Shown here one piece after another: positions 9,664-19,236 of a DNA stretch of 64,000 nucleotides. Origin of the DNA: an uncultured Steroidobacteraceae bacterium. Its GTDB lineage: Bacteria > Pseudomonadota > Gammaproteobacteria > Steroidobacterales > Steroidobacteraceae. The notes below the pieces were generated by a model that made no database searches, was not told the origin of the DNA, and saw nothing but the letters and a program-made list of their open reading frames with translations. The number at the start of each line of letters is the position of its first letter. Within the stretch, counting starts at the first letter, position 1. The DNA is taken from NCBI GenBank assembly GCA_964455685.1, contig CAYVZE010000003.1, positions 119-64,118 on the forward strand, in the 5' to 3' direction. Position numbers and translations under genes: made by a program.

Positions 9664-11211
9664 CTACCAGCTGTAGCGCACCCGGTAGCGCACCGTGCGG
9701 CTGCCGTCCTTCGGCACCTGCACCCGGAACAGCACCGTGCGCGCATCCTCACGCTGGAACTGCTGGCTCTGCGACAGCATCTGCCAGTTGGCCCAGCGGA
9801 ACATCGATTCGCGCACCTGCACCTCCACGGCCTCTTCCTTGTGGTTGCGCAGCGTGACCTCGATCTCCTCCTCCATCCAGCGCTCGCGCGAGTCGATGCG
9901 GAAGTCGACCTGGCGGCGCTCGCCCACCACGTCGAAGGCCGAGCCCAGCTTCACGCGCACCTGCTCGTCCCTGGGCGTGTGCCCGATCGAATCCTCGCCG
10001 ATGAACTCCAGCGAGTTGTCGTTCGGATCGAGGCGCGAGACGCGGATGCGTCCGGCCGGCAGCGGCATGCCGAGGCCCGAGGCGCGGTCGTTGCGGAACA
10101 CCAGGTAACTGTCCACCGTGCCGCTGCCCGCGAACGGGAAGTTCGGATCCTCGTAGCGGCCGCCGAAGCTGCTGCTGCCGGCGAACACCAGCAGCCGCTG
10201 CGCCGGTACGCGTCGCGCCTGGTCGAACAGCTCGATCTGCTTGGTGGAGTTGTCCGGCAACGTGGTCGGCCGGCCCAGCGTATACAGGTGGAACTCGTCG
10301 AAGGACTGCTCCTGGAAGCCGGCATCCGCAGCGCGCGCGCTCAGCTGCACCTCCGGCAAACGCAAGCGCGGCTGCTGGACGCGGTTGACGTTGCCGGCGA
10401 CCAGCTTCAGTCGCGCGTTCTCGTAGGTGGCACCGGACTGGTTGATGATGCTCACCCAGGCGGCAAGGTCCACGGTGCCGTTACCGGCATCACGGCCGTC
10501 GCTGTAGATCAGGTTGTAGTCGGCCCACCAGGTGATGCCGCCGGTCTGGTAGGTGACGCGGGCGCGATGCGTGCCGGCGCGGCTGGAGTCGATGTCCCAC
10601 AGCAGCGTGGGGCGCGTGATCAGCCCGCCCGGCAGGTCGGGGAAGCGCAGCGCCGAGTAATCGCGCAGCGCTGTGATGCTGCCGTCGTCCCCGCGCAGCA
10701 CCAGCCCGTCCACCGAGGACAGCAGCGTCCCCGAGGTCGTGCTCGTGCCGCCGCCGGCCTGCGAGCGTTCGACCGTCAGCGGCTGGTCGACGAACTTCAG
10801 CAGCAGCTTGTCGGTGCTGACCAGGTCGAACTGGAAGTTCTGCTCCAGCACCCGCGCGGAAGGATCGGTCAGCGAGGTAAAGGTGACCGTGGTCGGATCG
10901 ATCAGCGCCGCCACGTCGGTGAAGCGCACCGAGGAACGGCCGCGCGCGAGCTCCACCGGCCGCTCCTGCCGCACCATGGCATAGCCCGGCACGCCCGAGG
11001 CATTGGGGGTGCCCTGCCCCGGCAGCGGCCGGTAGTACTCGGCCGGGATCCCGCCGGGACGCGCGGAGCTGTAGATGGTCACGGCCGTATCCGTGTCGCC
11101 GGGCTGGGCGGCGGAACCCACGGTCGGCAGCAGCGCAGCGGACGCCGCCGCCAGCACTGCGCTGCGGCGTGGATGGCGGGAAGGGAATGACCTGGCGCGC
11201 TGTTTCTTCAT
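9664..11211 (-). CDS. secreted DUF4139-like protein
   Basis: ATG 11211 (MKKQRARS..AAASAALLPTVGSAAQP looks like a signal peptide). The central GITWWADYNLIY...LAAWVSIINQSGATYENARLKLVAG block matches my memory of the DUF4139 family; this is unverified. Confidence 0.55.
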   Translation of the reverse strand: MKKQRARSFPSRHPRRSAVLAAASAALLPTVGSAAQPGDTDTAVTIYSSARPGGIPAEYYRPLPGQGTPNASGVPGYAMVRQERPVELARGRSSVRFTDVAALIDPTTVTFTSLTDPSARVLEQNFQFDLVSTDKLLLKFVDQPLTVERSQAGGGTSTTSGTLLSSVDGLVLRGDDGSITALRDYSALRFPDLPGGLITRPTLLWDIDSSRAGTHRARVTYQTGGITWWADYNLIYSDGRDAGNGTVDLAAWVSIINQSGATYENARLKLVAGNVNRVQQPRLRLPEVQLSARAADAGFQEQSFDEFHLYTLGRPTTLPDNSTKQIELFDQARRVPAQRLLVFAGSSSFGGRYEDPNFPFAGSGTVDSYLVFRNDRASGLGMPLPAGRIRVSRLDPNDNSLEFIGEDSIGHTPRDEQVRVKLGSAFDVVGERRQVDFRIDSRERWMEEEIEVTLRNHKEEAVEVQVRESMFRWANWQMLSQSQQFQREDARTVLFRVQVPKDGSRTVRYRVRYSW

Positions 11212-11284
11212 GGCGGAACCCCTGGCTGGGCAAACTGTGAATGCGGTCGCATCGGGTGGCGACCCAGCAGGCACGATACCGCAA

Positions 11285-11980
11285 ATGGACGCCGCATTTA
11301 TCCAGCAGAACCAGATCATCGAGCGCTACCTGATGGGCAAGCTGCCGCCCAAGGGCGCGCAGGACTTCGAGCGCTGGTGCCGCGAGCACCCGGAGACGGT
11401 GGCCGAGCTCGGCATGCAGGACCGCATCAACGCCGCACTGCGCCTGCTGGACGCCGCCGGCGAGCCGCTGCCCTGGGCGCAGAAGCCGCAGGCCCCCTGG
11501 CAGAAGCTGCCGGTGTTCGCCGGCGCCGTGGCCGTGGCGGTGATCGGTATCGCGGTGGCCGTGGCGCTGTTCCTGTCCGGTCGGGACAAGGATGCGCAGA
11601 TCGCCTCGCTGCAACGCGACCTGGCCGAGCAGCCGCTGCTGCCCACGCAGGTCACGCGCCCGATCACGGTGGAGATGGCGCGCAACGGGCCCGAGCGCCG
11701 CGCCGTGACCACCATCGGTGGCGGTCGCACCGAGCTGGTGGAGTTCAAGTTCGACCTGTCATGGTCGAAGTACGGCAACTTCATCGTCACCATCGACCGC
11801 GAGAACCACGGCCGGTTCGCGGTGCTGACCAACCTGGCGCGCGATTCCAACGGCCACGTGCGGGTGGCGCTCAATTCATCCGCGCTCGGCCCGGGCGAGT
11901 ACGACGTGAAGGTCGAGGGCCTGGACCGTCGCCGCAACACCGAACCGCAGGCCTGGACGCGCTTCCGCGTGGTGCGCTGA
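11285..11980 (+). CDS. hypothetical single-pass membrane protein
   Basis: ATG 11285 (MDAAFIQQNQIIERYLMGKLPP...). One TM helix (LPVFAGAVAVAVIGIAVAVALFL). The extension to 11075 overlaps the divergent gene. No catalytic motif. Confidence 0.5.
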   Translation: MDAAFIQQNQIIERYLMGKLPPKGAQDFERWCREHPETVAELGMQDRINAALRLLDAAGEPLPWAQKPQAPWQKLPVFAGAVAVAVIGIAVAVALFLSGRDKDAQIASLQRDLAEQPLLPTQVTRPITVEMARNGPERRAVTTIGGGRTELVEFKFDLSWSKYGNFIVTIDRENHGRFAVLTNLARDSNGHVRVALNSSALGPGEYDVKVEGLDRRRNTEPQAWTRFRVVR

Positions 11981-11981
11981 T

Positions 11982-14474
11982 TCAGCCGGCGCGCAGCGTC
12001 TGCATGGGCGGCTGGAGCAGCGCCGTGCGCGTGGCCAGCCAGCCCGCCAGGCAGACCAGCAGCGCGCCGGTGAGGGCACCGGAGATCCACAGCAGCGGAT
12101 CCGGCTGCCACGGGATCTCCAGCATCGAGCGCGCGATGTAGAACGCGCCTGTCGACGCGCCGGCGGCCGCGACCACGCCCGCCATCACGCCGATGGCGCA
12201 GAACTCCGCCAGCACGCCACCCAGCACCGTGCGGCGCGAGGCACCCAGCGTGCGCAGGATGGCGCTCTCGTAGCGGCGCTCGTCGCGGGTGGCCTGCACG
12301 GCCGCCAGCAGCACCACGATGCCGGCCAGCAGCGTGAACAGGAACACCGCCTGCACCGCCAGCACCGCCTTCTCGATGATGGAGCGCACCTGCTCCAGAA
12401 GGTCGTCCATGTCGAAGATCGACACACCGGGGAAGCGGCGCACCAGCTCGGCCACGTCGGCCGGATCCGTGGGGCGGAAGCGCGCGCTGCCCATCCACGT
12501 GCCGGCAGTGCCTTCGAGCAGGCCCGGCGGGAACATCAGGAAGAAGTTGGGCTGCAGGCTGTCCCACTGCACGCGGCGGAAGCTGCTCACGGTCACCTCG
12601 ACCGTCTCGCCGGCCACGTCGAAGGTCAGCCGGTCCCCCAGCGCCAGCGGGATGGATTCCTCGAGGTCGGTGGCCACCGACACCAGCGGCTGGCCGAAAT
12701 CCTCGGCATCGAACCACTCACCGGCCGTCACCGTGTTGTCCGGCCCGATCTCGGCCGCCCAGGTGAGGTTCTGCTCGCGACTGGCCAGCCCCTCGCCGCG
12801 CGGCGTGAGGTAGCGGCGCTCGCCCACCGGCTCGCCGTTGATGGCGGTCATGCGGCCGCGGATCATCGGCAGCATGCGCGTCATCTCGCCGCCCTTCGCC
12901 GCCAGCAGGTCACGGAAAGCGTCGCGATCCTCGGGCGGGATGTTCACGAAGAAGTAGTTGGGCGCGTCCTGCGGCAGGCGCGCGCGCCAGTCGTCGATCA
13001 GGTCGCCGCGGATGATGGTGAGCAGCAGCAGCGCCGACAGGCCCAGGCCCAGCGCCACGATCTGCACGATGCTCTCGGCGCGCCGGCGCGCGATGTTGGC
13101 CGCGCCGAAGCGCCACGCGGCACCCATGCCGCCGCGCAGCCGGCCGGTCAGCAGCACCAGCAGCCAGCCGCCCAGTGCCAGCGCCGCCAGCACCCCTGCA
13201 AGGCCGACGAGGAACCAGATCGACAACCTCACGTCGCGCGTCACCCAGTGGATCAGCAGCACAACGGCCAGCACTGCCGGGCCATAGGCCACCAGCGTGC
13301 CCAGCCTCGGCGCCCCGATGTCACGCCGGAGCACGCGGATCGCCGGCACGCGCGCCAGCTGCAGCATCGAAGGCAGCGCGAAGCCAGTGAGCAGCAGCAA
13401 CGCGGTCGAGAAGCCCATGGCCACCGGCTGCCAGCCGGGCGGCGGCAGGTCCACCGTCACCACGCCCTGGAGCAGCAGCAGGAGCCCCTGCTGGGCAAAG
13501 TAGCCCGCCACAGCGCCGGCGAGCGAGGCCGCCAGCGCGATACAGGCGAGCTGCGCAAGGCTGATGGCCAGCACCATGGCGCGCGAGGCGCCGAGGGTCT
13601 TCAGCAGCGCCGCCAGGTCCAGGTGGCGCTTCACGTAACGGCGCGCCGTCATCGCGATGGCCACCGCGCACAGCAGCACACCCGCGAGGCTGGCCAGCAG
13701 CAGGAACCGGCCGGCGCGCGAGCGGGCATTGCTGATCTCCGGACTGGCCTCGGCAATGTCGCGCAGGCGCTCGGCCGGCTTCATGTTGTCGCCCAGCCAG
13801 GCGGCGAATCCGGATGTTTCCCGTTCACCGCCCGCGAACAGCGCCGAGTAGGTGACGCGGCTGCCCGGCTGCACCAGTCCGCTCGCGGCCACGTCGGCAG
13901 CGTTGATCAGCACCGCAGGAGCCAGGTCCACGAAGCCGGAGCCCTGGTCTGGCCGCGCGATCAGCACGCGCGTGACACGCAGGTCCAGCTCGCCCACCGA
14001 GAGCAGGTCGCCGACGCGCGCATTGAGCGCGGCCAGCAGCCTTGAATCGGGCCAGATCTCACCCGGCGCCGGGATGCCAGCTGCGACAATGCCCTGCCCG
14101 AAAGGCTCATCGGCCACCCGCACCGTGCCTCGCAGCGGGTAGCCCACGGTCACGGCGTGCACATTCGCCAGCTGCGTCAGGTCGTCCTTCAGGATCACCG
14201 ACAGCATGGAGGTGACGCGCGCGCTGGCCAGGCCGCGCCGCGCAGCCTCATCGTCGTAGGCCGACTCGATGGTGTCCGGGGAGGTGAGCCTGAGGTCTGC
14301 GGCCAGCACCTCGCTGGCCTGCAGGCGCATCGCACGATCGATGCGATCGACCAGGAATCCTACGCCGGTGAGCGCCGCCACCGCGATGAACAGCGCCAGG
14401 AACAGCACCGCGAGGTCGCCTGAACGCCATTCGCGCCCGAGCGTCCGCAGACCCAGCGACAGCGCGATGCGCAT
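11982..14474 (-). CDS. ybbP: FtsX-fold ABC transporter permease, YbbP-like (duplicated FtsX domain, 830 aa)
   Basis: Size, duplicated 4-TM FtsX-like modules, and the stop/start junction with the upstream ybbA-like ATPase. The tesA/ybbA/ybbP arrangement is as in E. coli. Confidence 0.8.
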   Translation of the reverse strand: MRIALSLGLRTLGREWRSGDLAVLFLALFIAVAALTGVGFLVDRIDRAMRLQASEVLAADLRLTSPDTIESAYDDEAARRGLASARVTSMLSVILKDDLTQLANVHAVTVGYPLRGTVRVADEPFGQGIVAAGIPAPGEIWPDSRLLAALNARVGDLLSVGELDLRVTRVLIARPDQGSGFVDLAPAVLINAADVAASGLVQPGSRVTYSALFAGGERETSGFAAWLGDNMKPAERLRDIAEASPEISNARSRAGRFLLLASLAGVLLCAVAIAMTARRYVKRHLDLAALLKTLGASRAMVLAISLAQLACIALAASLAGAVAGYFAQQGLLLLLQGVVTVDLPPPGWQPVAMGFSTALLLLTGFALPSMLQLARVPAIRVLRRDIGAPRLGTLVAYGPAVLAVVLLIHWVTRDVRLSIWFLVGLAGVLAALALGGWLLVLLTGRLRGGMGAAWRFGAANIARRRAESIVQIVALGLGLSALLLLTIIRGDLIDDWRARLPQDAPNYFFVNIPPEDRDAFRDLLAAKGGEMTRMLPMIRGRMTAINGEPVGERRYLTPRGEGLASREQNLTWAAEIGPDNTVTAGEWFDAEDFGQPLVSVATDLEESIPLALGDRLTFDVAGETVEVTVSSFRRVQWDSLQPNFFLMFPPGLLEGTAGTWMGSARFRPTDPADVAELVRRFPGVSIFDMDDLLEQVRSIIEKAVLAVQAVFLFTLLAGIVVLLAAVQATRDERRYESAILRTLGASRRTVLGGVLAEFCAIGVMAGVVAAAGASTGAFYIARSMLEIPWQPDPLLWISGALTGALLVCLAGWLATRTALLQPPMQTLRAG

Positions 14475-15145
14475 CAGGCCAGCCTGCCCGCCACCATGGT
14501 CAGGCGCCGCTGGCAGCGCGCCGCGAGCTGCCCGTCATGCGTCACCAGCACCAGCGTCGTGCCCGACTCCCGGTTCAACTCGAACAGCAGCTGGCAGATG
14601 CTCTCGCCCGTGGCCGTGTCGAGGTTGCCGGTGGGCTCGTCGGCGAACAGCACCGCGGGCCTCGTCACGGATGCGCGTGCCAGCGCCACGCGCTGCTGCT
14701 CACCGCCGGAGAGCTGGCGTGGATAGTGGCCGACCCGGCTGCCGAGCCCCACGCGCTCGAGCATGGCGCGCGCCGTGCCGGCCGCATCGCGCCGGCCGCC
14801 CAGCTCCAGCGGCAGCATCACGTTCTCCAGCGCGGTCAGCGAAGGCACGAGGTGGAATGCCTGGAACACGAAGCCGACGCGGTTCGCGCGCAGCGCCGCG
14901 CGCTGGTCCTCGTCCAGCCGCGTAAGCTCCTCGCCGTCGAGCCAGACCTGTCCCGACGTGGGCACGTCGAGCCCCGCCAGCATGGCCAGCAGCGTCGACT
15001 TGCCCGCCCCCGAAGCCCCCACCAGCGCCACCGTTTCGCCCGCTTCGATGCTCAGCGAGACGTCGCGGACAATGGTCAGTTCGCCCTCCGGACTGTTAAC
15101 CTTTCGGGTCAGATCCCTGGCTTCGAGAACGGTCTTGCGCTGCAT
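14474..15145 (-). CDS. ybbA: ABC transporter ATP-binding protein, YbbA-like
   Basis: ATG 15145 (MQRKTVLEARDL). Walker A GASGAGKST, signature LSGGEQQRVALARA, Walker B LFADEPTGNLD. Collinear with E. coli YbbA as recalled. Confidence 0.9.
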   Translation of the reverse strand: MQRKTVLEARDLTRKVNSPEGELTIVRDVSLSIEAGETVALVGASGAGKSTLLAMLAGLDVPTSGQVWLDGEELTRLDEDQRAALRANRVGFVFQAFHLVPSLTALENVMLPLELGGRRDAAGTARAMLERVGLGSRVGHYPRQLSGGEQQRVALARASVTRPAVLFADEPTGNLDTATGESICQLLFELNRESGTTLVLVTHDGQLAARCQRRLTMVAGRLA

Positions 15146-15755
15146 CCGGATTCTGTTACTCGCGCTGTTGTCGATCGGGGTGGCCGCCGCCGGCGCTCCG
15201 CAGGAACGCACCCTGCTCGTCTTCGGCGACAGCCTCAGCGCGGCCTACGGCCTGAAGGCCGAGGAAGGCTGGGTGACGCAATTGCAGAACCGGCTCCGCC
15301 AGCAAGGTTACGTTTACAAGGTGGTGAATGCCAGCGTCAGCGGCGAGACCACCGCCGGCGGGCGCAACCGCCTTGCCCGCGCGCTCGATACCCACCAGCC
15401 CGCGATCGTGATCCTGGAGCTCGGCGCCAATGACGGCCTGCGCGGCCTGCCCGTGCCGGCCGCGCGCGAGAACCTCGGCGCGATGATCCGCGCAGCGCAG
15501 GAACGCAAGGCCAGGGTGCTGCTGGTCGGCATCCAGATGCCGCCCAACTACGGGCCGCGTTATGCCGAGAGCTTCGCAGCCATGTACCCGCAGCTCGCGC
15601 AGGAACACAAGGTGCCGCTGGTGCCCTTCCTGCTGGAGGGCGTGGCGCTTGATGACCGGCTGATGCAGGCCGACGGATTGCATCCCAATGCAGCGGGCCA
15701 GCCCCGGCTGCTCGAAAACGTCTGGGCACACCTGCTGCCCTTGCTGGAGCGATGA
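15135..15755 (+). CDS. tesA: SGNH arylesterase / acyl-CoA thioesterase I / lysophospholipase L1 (TesA-like)
   Basis: GDSLSAAYG (Ser block I), SGETTAGG, LGANDGLRG, DGLHPN (block V). The start is placed at TTG 15135 just before the signal-like LRCIRILLLALLSIGVAAA and is uncertain. It overlaps the divergent ybbA start by about 11 nt. Confidence 0.75.
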   Translation: MRCIRILLLALLSIGVAAAGAPQERTLLVFGDSLSAAYGLKAEEGWVTQLQNRLRQQGYVYKVVNASVSGETTAGGRNRLARALDTHQPAIVILELGANDGLRGLPVPAARENLGAMIRAAQERKARVLLVGIQMPPNYGPRYAESFAAMYPQLAQEHKVPLVPFLLEGVALDDRLMQADGLHPNAAGQPRLLENVWAHLLPLLER

Positions 15756-17428
15756 TCATGAGCGTGGACCGTATCTGGCTGAAGTCCTATCCGCCGGAGG
15801 TTCCCCACGACATCGATCCGGGCCAGTACTCCTCGCTGGCCGAGCTGATCTGCGAAGCGCTGCGGAAGCACGCTGACCAGCGCGCCTATGTGCTGCTCGG
15901 CCACGCGGTGACCTTCCGCGAGGTCGATCGCCTGTCGGCCGCGTTTGCCGCCTGGCTCCAGTCGAAGGGACTGAAGAAGGGCGACCGCATCGCCCTGATG
16001 CTGCCGAACGTGCTGCAGTATCCGGTTGCCATGTTCGGCGCCCAGCGTGCCGGCCTCGTGGTCGTCAACACCAATCCCCTGTATACCGCGGACGAACTGC
16101 GCCACCAGCTGCAGGACTCCGGCGCCGCCGCCATCCTGGTGCTGGAGAACTTCGCCCATACCGTGCAGGAGGTGCTCGCCGACACGCAGCTCAAGCACGT
16201 GCTCGTCACCGGCGTCGGCGACCTGATACCCGGCGCCAAGGGGTGGGCCGTCAACTTCGTGCTGCGCCATGTGAAGCGGGAAGTCCGGCCGTGGAACATC
16301 CCGCAGGCCGTGCGATTCAAGGCGGTCCTGGACGAATTCGACGGCCGCATGCCCGCCCCAGTCCAGCTCGGCCACTCCGACCTCGCGTTCCTGCAGTACA
16401 CCGGCGGCACCACCGGCGTGGCCAAGGGCGCCATGCTGTCGCACGGGAACATGGTCGCCAACGTGCTGCAGTCCGAGGCCTGGTTCAGCCAGATCGCCCT
16501 CGACAACGCCACCTTCTATTTCGCGCTGCCGCTCTACCACATCTTCTCGCTGACCGCGAACTGCCTGCTCAGCCTGCGGCGCGGCGCCGTCGGCATCCTC
16601 GTGCCCAATCCGCGCGACTTCCCCGGCTTCGTGAAGCTGCTGCAGAAGGAACCGCCCAACTGCTTCCTCGGCGTGAACACCCTGTTCAATGCGCTGATGA
16701 ATACGCCCGGCTTCGAGCGCATTGATTTCAGCAAGCTCGTCGCCACCGTCGGAGGCGGCATGGCCGTGCAGGCCGCCGTGGCCAGGCGCTGGCTGGAGCT
16801 GACTGGATGCCCGCTCGCCCAGGGCTGGGGCCTCACCGAGACCTCGCCCGTGGTTGCCGTCTGCCGCCTGCGGGACCGGGAGTTCACCGGCGCCGTCGGC
16901 CTGCCGGTGCCCTCCACCGAGGTCTCGATCCGCGATGACGACGGGAAGGACGTGGGACTGAACACCGCGGGCGAGATCTGCGTCCGCGGCCCCCAGGTCA
17001 TGCAGGGCTACTGGAACCGTCCTGACGAGACCGCAAAGGTCATGCTGCCCGACGGCTGGCTCCGCACCGGCGACATCGGCCGCATGGACGAGGCCGGGTT
17101 CGTCTACATCGAGGATCGCAAGAAGGACATGATCACCGTGTCCGGCTTCAAGGTGTACCCGAACGAGATCGAGGACGTCGCAGCCAGGCATCCCGGGGTA
17201 TTCGAGGCCGCCGCCATCGGCGTGCCGGACGAGCGCTCGGGCGAGGTCGTAGCGCTTTACGTGGTCAGGAAGGACCCCTCACTGACGGAGGAAGACCTGA
17301 TCGCTTACATGCGGAAGCATGTGACTTCTTACAAGGTTCCCCGGCAAGTGCATTTCAGGAAGGAATTGCCGAAGACGAATGTGGGGAAGATTTTGCGGCG
17401 GGCGTTGAGGGATGCGCCGAATTCGTAA
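15752..17428 (+). CDS. fadD: long-chain fatty acid-CoA ligase
   Basis: Collinear with E. coli FadD as recalled: WLKSYPPEVPHDIDP, MLPNVLQYPVAMFGAQRAGLVVVNTNPLYT, YTGGTTGVAKGAMLSH, GWGLTETSP, GWLRTGDI, KVYPNEIE, GKILRR. The ATG overlaps the tesA stop. Confidence 0.9.
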   Translation: MIMSVDRIWLKSYPPEVPHDIDPGQYSSLAELICEALRKHADQRAYVLLGHAVTFREVDRLSAAFAAWLQSKGLKKGDRIALMLPNVLQYPVAMFGAQRAGLVVVNTNPLYTADELRHQLQDSGAAAILVLENFAHTVQEVLADTQLKHVLVTGVGDLIPGAKGWAVNFVLRHVKREVRPWNIPQAVRFKAVLDEFDGRMPAPVQLGHSDLAFLQYTGGTTGVAKGAMLSHGNMVANVLQSEAWFSQIALDNATFYFALPLYHIFSLTANCLLSLRRGAVGILVPNPRDFPGFVKLLQKEPPNCFLGVNTLFNALMNTPGFERIDFSKLVATVGGGMAVQAAVARRWLELTGCPLAQGWGLTETSPVVAVCRLRDREFTGAVGLPVPSTEVSIRDDDGKDVGLNTAGEICVRGPQVMQGYWNRPDETAKVMLPDGWLRTGDIGRMDEAGFVYIEDRKKDMITVSGFKVYPNEIEDVAARHPGVFEAAAIGVPDERSGEVVALYVVRKDPSLTEEDLIAYMRKHVTSYKVPRQVHFRKELPKTNVGKILRRALRDAPNS

Positions 17429-18235
17429 TCAATCCCGAAGATCGCTTCCCTCAGATCCCCTCTTCCGCTTGGCTCCAGGAAAGCCTCCGACTCCAAGACC
17501 ATCCCCCAAGTAAGCAATCACCTGAACACCAGCAAGAACACCACGACCCTGCTTAGCTCTTGAGCTCTTTCTTGGGCGCATTCTCCGCTGCTCCATCCAA
17601 TCATCGACCACCTGCAAGTACGAATGCCCCTGAGCCTTCGTGAAATTGCAGAAGGCATCAATCTCATCCCTTTGGAGATCAGAAACGTAGGCAAATCGCT
17701 CTATCAGAGTTCCTTTTCCTGCACCCAGCGAGGAGTTCCGCCGGATAGTTCGGATCAGCCTATTAACCGACTTAACCAAGTGCTCGGCCACAAACTGTCC
17801 TTTATGTGAAATCATGCCGGCATCATTTGCCGGCAAGAAGCGGCCATCCGACTGCTTCTTAATAAGGCCGGAAGAAATCAGAAAACTCTCGACATTCGCA
17901 ACATTAACTTGAGGATCAAGGCTCCGGATCATCTCCCTGATGCTTTCCTTACCTCTTCTCAGGTGAAGTGGCTTCGGTCGCGCCACATCAGCATCCAGAT
18001 ACTTCTCATCCCGGTGCCAGAGGCGCATCAAATCTGCCGACAAATCTCCGCATTGCAGGTACGCCCCACTCTTCGCCTTTCGCGACCCTCTCCTTTTTCT
18101 TCTCAGATCACTCAGGCATGTATCAACGCCTGCCTGAATGTCCTCTATGGTCGCACCAGCTTCCATGAGAACTTCGAACACCCCTTCCAGCAGTGAAGCC
18201 TGCAGCCGTCTTGGAATTCTCTTCGCCCCTGACAT
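17429..18235 (-). CDS. hypothetical protein, island paralogue A (HTH/winged-helix-like family)
   Basis: ATG 18235, 19 nt after the stop of paralogue B. Shares collinear motifs with B and C: LMEAGAT near residue 25, LWHRDEKYL..P..LHL, and a winged-helix-like VESFLISSGLIKKQSDGRFLP. Lower-G+C DNA. Confidence 0.55.
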   Translation of the reverse strand: MSGAKRIPRRLQASLLEGVFEVLMEAGATIEDIQAGVDTCLSDLRRKRRGSRKAKSGAYLQCGDLSADLMRLWHRDEKYLDADVARPKPLHLRRGKESIREMIRSLDPQVNVANVESFLISSGLIKKQSDGRFLPANDAGMISHKGQFVAEHLVKSVNRLIRTIRRNSSLGAGKGTLIERFAYVSDLQRDEIDAFCNFTKAQGHSYLQVVDDWMEQRRMRPRKSSRAKQGRGVLAGVQVIAYLGDGLGVGGFPGAKRKRGSEGSDLRD

Positions 18236-18254
18236 TCGCGAGTTCCCGTCCGCC

Positions 18255-19052
18255 CTATGATTCTAGTTCTTCAGTAATTAGCACAACGCGCGCACGGGCG
18301 ACCTTGAGTTTCTTGCTCTTCAAGGTTTTAGACCCTCTGGCCGTCGCACACGCCATTTCCCTCACGCCGGAAAGAAATACCCTCAATCCATCCTCTGCTC
18401 TCTTATGCAAGAGTACCTTTCCGACGTCGGAAGGCGCTGGGAAACTGACTTCGAGATTGATTGCCTTCAGCGGCACTGGGGCGCTTGCGCACTCGGCGTT
18501 GTCCAGCAACCTTGCCAGAGACCTCGATATCAGGTTGAGGCGATATTCCGCCTTCCCCAAAGACTTCCCTGTAGCCAGCGAGACGTAGCCACCGCGGACC
18601 GTGACCAAACCATGGCGCTGCAGCTCCCGAAGGATCGAGCGCGGTGGAACGTCTCCGCCATATCTCCGCACCAATGCCGGAAAATTCCTTCCTTGCCCAC
18701 CGAGGCGAAGCCTCCTAGGCAAAGAGGAGGCTTTCAAGAACGCTGCATCCGTTGTCCAACCTTCTATGAGTTGGTCAAGCCGATCTTGCACGGAAATCGG
18801 CATGGCGCGGGCCTGCTTGGCAAACTGCCGCACTTGGACTCTTGTGAGCCCGGTCATTGCGGCAACAGCGGACTGATTAATTCTCTTGTTACTGAATCTC
18901 GCTGCACGAGATGCGGCGAGGAAGTAGCCCATTCGAACAATGCGCTCAAATCGCCTAGAACTGACCCCAGCTTCAATGAGATACCGGGCGAACTCCGTCA
19001 TGAATTGGACAGCGTCGGATTCGATACCTGGCTTCTTTCTCCTGAAAGTCAC
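18255..19052 (-). CDS. hypothetical protein, island paralogue B (HTH/winged-helix-like family)
   Basis: GTG 19052. The N-terminal length before LIEAGVS matches paralogues A and C. HTH-like SAVAAMTGLTRVQVRQF, then GWTTDAAFL..LPRRLRL, then winged-helix-like ILRELQRHGLVTVRGGYVSL. Confidence 0.55.
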   Translation of the reverse strand: MTFRRKKPGIESDAVQFMTEFARYLIEAGVSSRRFERIVRMGYFLAASRAARFSNKRINQSAVAAMTGLTRVQVRQFAKQARAMPISVQDRLDQLIEGWTTDAAFLKASSLPRRLRLGGQGRNFPALVRRYGGDVPPRSILRELQRHGLVTVRGGYVSLATGKSLGKAEYRLNLISRSLARLLDNAECASAPVPLKAINLEVSFPAPSDVGKVLLHKRAEDGLRVFLSGVREMACATARGSKTLKSKKLKVARARVVLITEELES

Positions 19053-19164
19053 AACACTTGGCTAGGCTCTCTCTGCTTAACGCAGCGACGCACATTGTCC
19101 CGCGCTCATGTCACCGCACTGCAACCTGTCTTTCTCCTGATTCTGACAAGAAAGACAAATCGAG

Positions 19165-19200
19165 ACACAAAAACAAAAGCGCCGCCCCGGGGGGCGGCGC
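19165..19200 (-). terminator. intrinsic terminator downstream of the small repeat-protein gene
   Basis: GC hairpin gcgccgcc/ggcggcgc (19179..19200). On the minus strand it is followed by TTTTGTTTTTGTGT (19165..19178). It lies 36 nt after the stop codon at 19237. Confidence 0.65.
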
Positions 19201-19236
19201 CTTTGTCAAACTCACTACTGAGCGAATTCCAGCCGA